DNA of 64,000 nucleotides, taken from contig CM059431.1 of NCBI GenBank assembly GCA_030390025.1, positions 135,224,001-135,288,000 of the forward strand. The letters are read 5' to 3'. The DNA comes from Squalus acanthias (Eukaryota). The notes beneath the pieces are model-generated. The model did not search any database. It was not told where the DNA came from and saw nothing but the letters and a program-made list of their open reading frames with translations. Every line of letters starts with the position of its first letter. Position 1 is the stretch's first letter. Made by a program: the position numbers and the translations under genes. Shown here in pieces: positions 37,076 to 47,958 of the stretch.

Positions 37076-38891
37076 TCCTCCTGCTCCTCAGCTGCTCGCT
37101 GTATAGCTGGTGGCAAGGGCTGTGTCTTGATGATGGCGAGGTTGTGGAGCATGCAACAGACCACCACGAATCTTGACACCCACCCTGCTGAATATTGCAG
37201 GGCTCCTCCAGAGCGCTCCAGGCAGCGGAATCATTGTTTCAGCATGCCAACGGTCTGCTCTATCACATTTCGTGTGGCAGCATGGCTTTTATTGTATGCA
37301 TGCTGCCCACGTGTGCTTGGGTTGTGCACCAGAGTCATGAGCCATGTTGTCAAAGGATAGTCCTTATCACCCAGTAGCCACCCTCTGTTTTGTCGTGGTG
37401 GCTCAAATATAGATGGCACAGCGGATTGGCGCAGAATGAAGACATCATGGGGGAAAAATTCAGCTGCTTGCGCCTCCCGTTAGCGCCTTAAATGGGCGCT
37501 AATGGGGCGTAAAGCAGCTAACGCCCGGGCGCAGCGCCGCCCACGCCTCCCGAAAAATTTAGTGGGAGGTTAGCGGCGGCGGCAGCCGGTAGCGCCCTGT
37601 GGCGCTGCGCCGCCGGCGATGACGTCATCGCCGTGCGCAGCGCCCCGCTCGCGCCCCGGCCGTGATCTTCAGTCGCGCCCCCTGATTTACCGCCAGACGC
37701 TATGTCCGACGGGTTCAGGGGGGCGTACGTGCGGCCGGGGCGGCGATATTTAAAGGGGAGGTGGCAGGCGGCCATTTTTGTTGCTGGCCGCCTGCCAGCA
37801 CCTGCCCCCGTTGCTGTCCCCGGCCCCCGTGAAGCCCCCCCAGCGTGAAGTGCCGGCTGCGCTCCAAGAGCCCGGCACTTCTCTTGAGTGCCGGGCTCTT
37901 TTGCCGGCACTCCCGATCCCTGGGAGCCCAGCTGGGCCCCGGTTCGCGCTGCGCAAGGCCCCTCCCCTTTAAGAAGGGGAGGAAGGCCTGCAATACCGCG
38001 GCGCGACGTGCCGCAGCGCGTGGCGCTGCGGCACGTAGCGCCAGGATATTCACTCGCAGCGCCCCAAGAGGGATGCGGGGTGCTTCCAGTTGCGCCCCGC
38101 TTCCCTCTTGGGGCGCAACCACTGAAGTTCCGGCGCGGGGCCGCTAATTTTTTCGGGGCGCTAAAAGTCGCGCCCCGGCGAGGTTAGCGCCCCAAATGGG
38201 GCGCGACTCAATTTTTCCCCCCATGACTGCTGCCAGGATTCCGCGCACTGACCTGCATGATACTCTGTGTATGGTCACACTCCAGCTGGATGTTGAGGAA
38301 TGGAATCTCCTTCGGTTGCAGTACATATCAGAGCTGAAAAGTGACGTGCGTACAATTAATGGCACCCTGCACCATGGGGAAGCCTGCAATCCTCGCGAAG
38401 CTGTGTGCTCACTCCGCCTGCTGGTCTCTGGTAGGAGAGAATGAAATGTATTCAGCTCTCTTTGAATAGAGAGCCTCAGTGACTTCCCTTACATAATAGA
38501 GGATGGCAAATTGCAAGATGTTGCAAATATCTCCAGCTCCAGCCTGGAAAGTGCCCGACGCATAAAATTTCATGGCCACAGTCACCTTCACAGCCACAGG
38601 CAATGCAGTCCTTGCCCTGCTCTGAGGTTGCAGTTGTGCCTGCAGCAGGTGTCAGTTTTCAGTGAAGACGTCCTTAATAAAATGCAGACATCTCACACAC
38701 TGTTCCTCGCTGAGGTTCAGGTAGGAGAATTGCTCCCTGAACATTCTGGGTGGATATGGCTTCCTGCTGAGAGCCCTTCTCCTCCCCCTCCTCCTCTTCC
38801 CTCTTCTAGCAGCTTGCCCTGCTCTGTGTCACCTCTGCTCATTCTCCCAGTCATGCTGTATTCCAAGGGGAATGCCTACTGCTGCACCCAT
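37070..38891 (-). pseudogene. Harbinger (HARBI1-like) DDE transposase pseudogene
   Basis: FYASGTFQAGAGDICNI, GFPMVQGAINCTH, PGSSH|D, WLLGDKDYPL, YNKSHAATRNVIEQTVGMLK and VVVCCMLHNL. Frameshifted and MITE-interrupted. Confidence 0.9.
37449..38221 (-). mobile_element. GC-rich Harbinger-like MITE, family A (well-preserved copy)
   Basis: TIRs GGGGGAAAAATT / AATTTTTCCCCC. Exact 3-bp TSD CAT (37446-37448, 38222-38224). Confidence 0.93.
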
Positions 38892-39292
38892 GTCTGGGAG
38901 CAAGTGGTTTTTGCAGAAGCCTTGAAGTCAGGACAAAGGCCTTCAGCACCTGCCACACAACTGCCTGTACAAAGAATTACATAGGATATAAAGCACAGGA
39001 ACAGGCTATTTGGCCTAACCAGTCCATGCCAGCGTTTATGCTCCACTCGAGCCTCCTCCCGTCTTTCCTCATCTAAATCTGTCAGCAGATTCCCTTCTCT
39101 CTCATATGCGTATCTACCCTCCCCTTAAATGCATCTATACTTTTTGCCTCAACTATTCCCTGTGGTAGCGAGTTCCACATTCTCACCACTCTCTGGGTAA
39201 AGAAGTTTATTCTGAATTCCCTATTTGATTTCTTGGTGACTATCTTATATTGATGGCCTCTAGTTATGGTCTTCCCCACAAGTGGAAACTCT

Positions 39293-39997
39293 GGGCTGGA
39301 TTTTCATTGACCCGTGGAGGAGGGTTTGGAGGCGTGTGGGGGGTTAAAATTGCGAAAACTGGCGGGCGGGCACAAGCCCGCCTCCATCCCGCCTCCACGC
39401 AATTTTCATTAAATCGTGTCTGCTGGTCCCGACTCCGTCCCACCTCTAAGAGGCGGGATAGGCTGTTAAGGCCCTTAACAAGCAATAAATTGCCTCTATA
39501 ATGATGTTTTGAAAGGCCTTCGTGATTTTAACCCTTTTTCTATGTGAAGCACGCCTGTTCTGAACCACGAATGTGAAACCTGGCGGGAGCACATTTGGAT
39601 AGCTGACTATCAGTAAAGCAGGCAGGCAGGCTGGCTGGCTGGATGGATGGCTGACATATCTGGGAGTGGTGGTGGAAGGGAGACATATCTGGGAGTGGTG
39701 GTGCAAAAATATCTGGGAGCAGACTTAGGGCTGCTGCTGCTCATTTTGCATCCAGGTCCTCTCACAGCAAAGGCCAGGCAGTCTTTGCAGACCTTCAATG
39801 CAGCAACAATGATGACATCATCAGAGGTGACTTTCAGACTGAAAACACTAATTGGGTCATGGGTTCCCACATGCTGGAACTCAATTGCCCAATTAGGTGA
39901 AAATCGCATCAATCTCCCACATCCAATTGCAGTCGGGTGGATAACACGAAAAGTGGATGACACGACCCCAACCTGCCCCAGTATCAAAATCCAGCCC
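39293..39997. mobile_element. Harbinger-like MITE, family D
   Basis: Perfect 12-bp TIR GGGCTGGATTTT / AAAATCCAGCCC and 3-bp TSD TCT. Confidence 0.9.
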
Positions 39998-41150
39998 TCT
40001 CTCTCTGTGTCTACTCTATCAAAACCTTTCATAATTTTAAAGAACTATATTAGGTCACCTCTCAGCCTTCTTTGTACAAGCGAAAAGAGACCCAGCCTGT
40101 TCATCCTTTCCTGATATGTGTACCTTCGCATTTCTGGTATCATCCTTGTAAATCTTCTCTGCACCCTCTCCAGTGCCTCTGTATGCTTTTTATATTATGG
40201 CCACCAGAATTGTACGCAGTACTCCAAGTGTGGTCTGTCCAAGGTTTGATACAAGTTTAGCATAACTTCATTACTTTTCAATTCTATCCCTCTAGAAATA
40301 AACCCTAGTGCCTGGTTTGCTTTTTTTAATGGCCTTGCTAACCTGTGTCGCTACTTTTAGTGATTTGTGTATTGTACTCCAAGATCCATTCCCTCCTCTA
40401 TCCCACCCAGACTCGCACCCTCCAAGTAATAAGTGACCTCCCTATTCTTCCTACTAAAATGTAATACCTCACAATTACCTGTGTTGAATTTCATTTGCCA
40501 ATTATATCTCCATTCTGCAGGTTTATTAATGTCTTCCTGTAATTTGTTGTGTTCCTCCTCAGTATTGACTATCCCCCCCCCAATTTGGTGTCATCTGCAA
40601 ATTTAGAAATTGTGCTTTTGATTCCAAAGTCTAAATCATTTATATAAATTGTGAACAACAGTGGTCCCAGCACTGATCCTTGTGGAACACCACTAACCAC
40701 CTTCAGCCACTGTGAATAGCTACCCTTTACCCCTTTCTGTCTTGAAGCCAGCTAGCTATCCATTCTGCTCCTTGTCCCCTGACTCTACATTCTCTGACCT
40801 TATTCATTAGTCTATTATGTGGTACCTTATCGAAGGCCTTTTGAAAATCTAGATAAATTACATCTACTGCATTACCCTTGTCTATTCTCTCTGTTACCTT
40901 TTCAAAAAATTCAATGACGTTGGTCAAGCAAGACATTTCCTTTTGAAATCCATGCTGACTATTCAGTATTATATTTTTGGTTTCTAGATGTTCTTCTATT
41001 TTCTCCTTTAGTAGGGATTCCATTATTTTTCCTACCATCGATGTTAAGCTGACTGGTCTATAGTTCCCTAGACATGTTCTTTCTCCCTTCTGAAATATAG
41101 GTATTCCGTTAGCTATCCGCCAGTCCTCTGGCACTATATCTTTTTCTAAT

Positions 41151-44100
41151 AAGAACATAAGAAATAGGAGTAGGCCATTTGGTCCTTTGAGCCTGCACCG
41201 TCATTCAATAAGATCATGGCTGATCTTCTACCTCAACTCCATTTTCCTGCACTATCCCCATATCCCTAGATTCCCTTATAATCCAAAAATCTATCGATCT
41301 CTATCTTGAATGTACTCAACGACTAAGCCTTCACAGCTCTCTGGGGTAGAGAATTCCAAAGATTCACCACCCTCTGAGTGAAGAAATTTCTCCTCACCTC
41401 AGTCCTAAATGGCCGACCCCTTATTCTGAGACTGTGACCCCTGGTTCTAGACTCCACAGCCAGGGGAAACAGCCTCCTTGCATCTACCCTGTCAAGCCCG
41501 ATAAGAATTTTGTATGTTTCAATGAGATCACCTCTCATTCTTCTAAACTCTAGAGAATATAGGCCCAGTCTATTCAATCTTTCCTCATAGGACAATCCCC
41601 CCATCCCAGGAACCAGTCTGGTGAACCTTCGTTGCACTCCCTCTATGGCAAGTATATCCTTCTTAGGTAAGGAGACCAAAACTGTACACAATACTCCAGG
41701 TGTGGTCTCACTAGGGCCCTATATAATTGCAGTAAGACGTCTTTACTCTTATACTAAAATCCTCTTGTAATAAAGGCCAACATTGCTTTCCTAATTGCTT
41801 GCTGTATCTGCATATTAACTTTCACTGATTCGTGTACAAGGACACCCAGGTCCCTCTGAACACCAACATTTCCCAATCTCTCACCATTTAAAAAATACTC
41901 TGCTTTATTATTTTTCTACCAAAGTGGATAACTTCACATTTCTCCACATTATATTCCATTTGCCATGTTCTTGCCCACTCACTTAACCTGTGTATACCCC
42001 TTGAAGCCTCCTTGCATCCTCCTCACAACTTACATTCCCACCTAGCTTTGTATCATCACAAAACTTGGATATATTACATTTGGTCCCCTCACCCAGATCA
42101 TTGATGTAGATTGTGAATAGCTGAGGCCCAAGCACTGATCCTTGCAGTACCCCACTAGTTACAGCCTGCCAACCCGAAAATGACCTATTTATTCCTACTC
42201 TCTGTTTTCTGTCCATTAACCAATCCTCAATCCATGCTAGTATATTAATCCCAATCCCATGAGCACAACTTTTGTTTAATAACCACTTGTGTGGCACCTT
42301 ATAAAATCCCTTCTGAAATACATCACATCCACTGGTTTCCCCTTATCTATTCTGCTAGTTACCTCCTCAAAAATCTCAAACAGATTTGTCAAACATGATT
42401 TCTCTTTCATAAATCCATGTTGACTCTGCCCAATCCTGTTATTATTTTCAAAGTGCCCTGTTACCACGTCCTTAATAATAGATTCTAGCATTTTCCCTAC
42501 TACTGATGTCAGGCTAACTGATCTGTAGTTCCCCATTTTCTCTCTCCCTCCTTTCTTAAATACTGGGGTTAACATTTGCTACCTTCCAATCCACAGGAAC
42601 TGTTTTAGAATCTATGGAATTTTGGAAAATGACAACCAATGCATCCTCTATCTCTATAGCCACCTCTTTCAAAACCCTAGGATGTAGGTCATCAGATCCA
42701 GTGGATTTATCGGCTTTCAGTCCCATTAATTTCTCCAGTACTCCTTTTTTACTAATACTAATTTCTTTCAGTTCCTCATTCTCGCTAGTGCCTTGGTTTG
42801 CCACTATTTCCGGGAAGTTTTTTGCATCTTCTTCTGTGAAGACAGACACAAAGGATTTGTTTAATTTCTCAGCCATTTCCTTATTCCCCATTATAATTTC
42901 TCCTGTCTCAGCCCGTAAGGGACCCACATTTACTTTCGCTATTCTTTTCCTTTTAACATACCTATAGAAGCTTTTACAGTCTGTTTTTATGTCTCTTGCT
43001 AATTTACTCTCATATTCTATTTTCCCTTCCTTTATCAATTTCTTGGTCCTCCTTTGCTGAATTCTAAAATCATCTCAATCCTCAGGCTTTCTACTCTTTT
43101 TGGCAGCATTATAAGCCTCTTACTTTGATCTAATACTATCTTTAACTTCTCTTGTTAGCCACTGTTGGACCACTTTTCCTGTGGGGTTTTTGTGCCTTAA
43201 AGGAATGTATATTTGTTGTAAATTATGTATTAATTCTTTAAATGCTAGCCATTGCTCATCCACTGCCATACCTTTTAATGTAGTTTCCCAATCTACCTGA
43301 GCCAACTCGCTCCTCATAATTATGTAAATTGTTTTGTTTAGATTTAAGACACTAGTTTCGGATTCAGCTAAGTCACTTTCAAACTCAATATAAAATTCTA
43401 TCATATTATGGTCACTCTTCCCTAAACGCCCCTTTACTACAAGGTTATTAATTAACCCTTTCTCATTGCACAATACTAGATCTAAAATAACATGTTCCCT
43501 AGTTGGTTCCTCAACATACTGATCTAGAAAACTATCTTGCATACATTCCATGAATTCGTCCTCCATACTATTACTGCAAATTTGGTTTACCCAGTCTATA
43601 TGCAGATTAAAGTCCCCCATGATTACTGTATTACCCTTGTTACATGCACCTCTAATTTCCTAATTTATAATCTGCCCTACATTACAACTACTTTTTGGGG
43701 GGCCTATAAACAACTTCCAGCAATGTTTGCTGCCCCTTGCTGTTTCTTAGCTCCATCCAAACTGATTCTACTTCTTGATTTTTGGAGCTAAGATCCTTTC
43801 TCTCCACTGTCTTTATCCCATCCTTTATTATCAGGGCTACCCCTCCTCCTTTTCCATTTTGCCTGTCCCTTCTAAAAGTTATGTATCCTGGCATATTTAT
43901 TTCCCAACCATGGCAACTTTGCAACCATGTCTCCGTTATGGCTATTAGATCAAACCTGTTAATTTCTACCTGCACTATTAATTCATCTATTTTGTTGCGA
44001 ATGCTTCGTGCATTCAGATAAAGTGCCTTTAGCTTTGACTTATTTCTATTTTTCCCTGATGTCACCTTAGTCACTGGTGCCGTATTACCTTTATTACTCT

Positions 44101-44386
44101 CTCTGTCCCTTCCTGACCCACTCTGCTGAGTTTTACCCAAAACTCTAGTCTGCTCTAGAGCCTTGGCATTTCTCTTGCTGCTTTTAAATTTACTCTTTCC
44201 TGAATCCTCCCATCCCCCCTTCATTAGTTTAAAGCACTATCTACTGCCCTAGTTATTCGGTTCGCCAGGACACTGGTCCCAGCCTGGTTTCAGTGGAGTC
44301 CGTCCCAACGGAACAGCTCCCTCTTTCCCCAGTACTGGTGCCAGTGCCCCATGAACTGAAACCCCTTCCTCCCACACCACTCATTA
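41151..44386 (-). mobile_element. 5'-truncated degenerate CR1 LINE (end of ORF1, whole ORF2)
   Basis: EN and RT motifs across ORFs 41323-44224. Flanked by a TCTAAT duplication (41145-41150, 44387-44392). Confidence 0.92.
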
Positions 44387-45695
44387 TCTAATGAATTATT
44401 AAATATGTGTAGCAATGCCTCTGCTATCTCTTCCCTAGATTCTTTTCAAATGCGCGGAGGTAATCCTCTTTTATCCTCTTTGAGTTTGATTAGTTTATTT
44501 AATATATCTCCTCTTTTTATTTTAATACAGTTATTTCATTACTAATCTCACGATCCAATGTCATGTCTACCTGTTCTATCTGCCTGGTAAATACCTTTAA
44601 TGAACTTTAAAGAATTCTAGAAAGCACCAAACACTTGTACAATTGCAGCAACAGCCAGTAGAAATTAATCAGCAACTAAACTGAAAGTAGTTGATCCCTT
44701 TAAATAGCGCTGTTGGGTGGTGGGGGGTGGTTGCGGGGGGGGTCGTTCCTGCTGCTGAACGCTAGCTTAAGAGAGGACTGCCATTTTTGAATATTGAGCT
44801 CCAAAATGGCAGCGCTGGCATCAAATCACTGTGACATGCTGATTGACATAATGAACTGCCTACTCTGTATACTTCCAGTGGACACTCACTTCTCGTATGC
44901 TAACGCTGTCACCAATATGGAGTCTGGCGTGACTCACACCAGAAGTGTGCACTTGTGCCGGTGACGCCTTTTTGGACCTCGAAGGGCACCTGTAGCAGCC
45001 AAAAAATCGGTGCCACAGCTCTGAATTTTGTGCCCAGTATGTACATGCAAATTCTTTCTATCTTAATAATGAAATATAACATTCCCAATTTCTTCAGAGG
45101 TGAAAGTGGACACTTATCAGCAAATGGAGCTTTTGGAGGAAATTGGGGAAGAGCCAGACTGAGGGGTTTAGCCAGTGTGTTCCAGAGTGTGGGGCCAGGA
45201 TGGCTGAAACCTCTGTGACTCACTCACAGTGGTGAGGAGCTTGTGGTGAGTGGGGTGCAATGCAAAAGAGGAAAGAGTCAGAAGAATGTAAGCCACATGC
45301 TGGCATGTAGGGTTTTAAGAGGTTCTAGAGAAAAGGTGGAATGAGTTCATGGAGGTACTTACATCGATAAAGACAAGGGTTTCAAATTCAATATATTGGG
45401 GAATGGGAGCCAACAGAAATTCGGTTGGTGATGGGGAGACTGTCTTAATATGGGGCAACAGGAACTTGCATTGATATAGCGCCTTTAACTCAGTGATGCA
45501 TCCTGAAGTGTTTCACAGCAGTGTAATTAGACAAAAATTGAACTAAAAGCTTTGTCAAAAAGGTAGGTTTCATGGAGTGTCTTGAAGTAGGCAAAAGAGG
45601 TGGAGAGGTTTAAGGAGAGAATTCCAGAGCTTAGGACCTAGACTTTGAAGGCATGGCCACTAATGGTGGGGCAAAGGAAGTGGGGATGCACAAGA

Positions 45696-47174
45696 TGGCA
45701 TATTAAAAGAAGTTAGGGAAGTGATAGCATAGGCACTATTGCATATATAACAAAATGATTAAAAAAGGGAATAGTGCCAGAGGACTGACAGACAGCTAAT
45801 ATGATTCCAATATTTAAAAAGGAGATAAAACAAGTCCAGGGATTTTAACGTCGATGGTAGGAAAGATAATGGAATCTTTACTCAAAGATGTAATAGAAAA
45901 ACATGTAGAAACTGAAAATATAATAAAGAATAGTCAGCATGGATTTCAAAAGGGAAGGTCGTGCTTGACCTACTTTATTGAATTATTTGAAGAAGTAACA
46001 GAGAGAGTAGACAACGGTAATGTAGTAGCTGTAATATATTTGGATTTTCAAAAGGTCTTCGATAAGATACCACATAGTACTCATGACTAAGGTCAGAGCA
46101 TGTGGAATCGGGTAAAGTGGCAGAATGGACACTCTACAAAACAGAAAACAAAGAGTCGTGGTTAAAGGTAGTTACTCAGACTAGCGAAAGGTGGGAAGTG
46201 GTGTTCGACACGGATCGGTGCTGGGACCACTGCTGTTCACCACTTACAGAAACAATTTGGACTCGAGAATCAGAAGTACAATTTCAATATTTGCAGATGA
46301 CACCAAATTGCGGGTATAGTTAATACTGAAGAAGACTGCAACAAAATACAAGAATACATTAATAAACTTGTAGAATGGATGTGTAATTGGCCATTTTCAA
46401 TATAGATAAGTGTGAGGTAGTGCATTTTGGTAGGAATAATAATGAGGCCACATACTCCTTGGAAAATAAAAGTATAAATGGGGTAGAGGAGCAAAGGGAT
46501 CCAGTGATCTAGAGGTATAGATACATAAATCACTAAAAGTACTGACTCAAGTTAATAAGGCCATTAAAAAATCAACAAAGCACTGGGGTTCATTTCTAAA
46601 TTGAAAAGCAGAGAAGTTATGTTACAATTGTATAGAATCTTGCATAGTTCTGGTATCCATATTATAAAAAAGAATATAGAGATACTGGAGAGGTGCAATA
46701 AAGATTTACAAGGATGACACCACAAACGAGAGGTTATACATGTCAGGAAAGGCTGAACAGGTTGAGCTCTTTTCTCTAGAAAACAGAAGGCTGAGGGGGT
46801 GACCTGATAGAAGTCTTTAAGATTATGAAAGATTTGATAGGGTAGACATAGAGAAGATGTTTCCACTTGTGGGGGAGACTAAAACTAGAGCCCATAAACA
46901 CAACATAGTCACTAATAAATCCAATAGGGAATTCAGGAGAAACAAACTCACCCAGAGAGTGGTGAGAATGTGGAACTCGCTACCACAAGGTGCAGTTGAG
47001 GCGAATAGCGTAGATGCATTTAAGGGAAGCTAGATAACTAATGAGGGAGAAGGGAATAGAAGGTTATGCTGATAGGGTTAGATGAGGAGGGGTGGGAGGA
47101 GGCGTGTGTGGAGCATAAATCAGTTGGGCTGAATGGTCTGTTTCTGTGCTCTACATTCTATGTAATTCTATGTA
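45696..47174 (+). mobile_element. 5'-truncated degenerate CR1 LINE
   Basis: SQHGFQKGRSCLT..YLDFQKVFDK peptide; TTCTATGTAA tail. Confidence 0.88.
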
Positions 47175-47408
47175 AGAGGCCAGAGTTGGAGGAAAACAGA
47201 GTTTTCAGCAGGATTTAGGACTGAAGGAGGTTAGAGATGAGGAGGGGGTGAGGCCATGGAGGGATTTCAACACAAAGATGAGAATTTTAAATTAATGCGT
47301 TGGTGGACTGGGAGCCAAGGTTGGTTAGCAAGCAGAAGGCTAATGGTTGAAAGAGACTTGGTGTGAGTTAGGATACAGGCAGCTGAGTTTTGGATGAGTT
47401 CAAATTTA

Positions 47409-47911
47409 TAGTGATAGGGGACTCAATTGTAAGGGGAATAGACAGGAGTTTCTGTGGCCGCAACCGAGATTCCAGGATGGTATGTTGCCTCCCTGGTGCA
47501 AGGGTCAAGGATGTCTCGGAGCGGCTGCAGAACATTCTGAAGAGGGAGGGTGAACAGCCAGCTGTCGTGGTGCATGTAGGTACCAACGATATAGGTAAAA
47601 AGCGGGAAGAGGTCCTACAAGCAGAATTTAGGGAGCTAGGAGCTAAATTAAAAAGTAGGACCTCTAAGGTAGTAATCTCTGGATTGCTACCAGGGCCACG
47701 TGCTAATCAGAATAGAGAGAACAGGATAGTGAGATTGAATACGTGGCTTGAGCAGTGGTGCAGGAGGGAGGGATTCAAATTCCTGAGGCATTGGAACCAG
47801 TTCTGGGGGAAGTGGGACCTGTACAAAAGGGACGGTCTGCACTTGGGCAGGACTGGAACCGATGTCCTCGGGGTAATATTTGCTAAAGCAGTTCGGGAGG
47901 ATTTAAACTAA
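47409..47911 (+). CDS. CR1 ORF1 C-terminal SGNH/GDSL esterase domain (5'-truncated, no native start)
   Basis: VIGDSIVRG, PGARV, HVGTND and DGLHL blocks; stop TAA at 47909-47911. Confidence 0.85.
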
Positions 47912-47958
47912 TATGGCAGGGGAATGGGAACCTATGTAGCGAAACAGGGGGAAGTAAT

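Larger units (their letters stand above)
38970..44595 (-). mobile_element. Degenerate CR1 LINE (38970-41150 and 44387-44595) hosting a MITE and a second CR1
   Basis: VPEDWRIAN..YRPVSLTS..YLDFQKAFDKVPH and NFFTQRVV peptides. The sequence resumes after 44386. Confidence 0.88.
31984..45035. mobile_element. Formerly autonomous PIF/Harbinger DNA transposon with nested insertions
   Basis: Termini GGGGGCTAAATTC / GAATTTTGTGCCC, with AGT on both flanks (31981-31983, 45036-45038). Convergent Myb/SANT-like and DDE transposase pseudogenes inside. Confidence 0.75.

Noticed and set aside
37518..38187. GC-rich ORFs inside family A MITEs (also 6196-6774 and 8502-9083)
   Set aside because: Stop-poor because of GC content; the frames are not maintained across copies.
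37070..38891. Host HARBI1 gene
   Set aside because: Frameshifted, MITE-interrupted and inside TIRs with a Myb partner: a transposon copy, not the domesticated gene.
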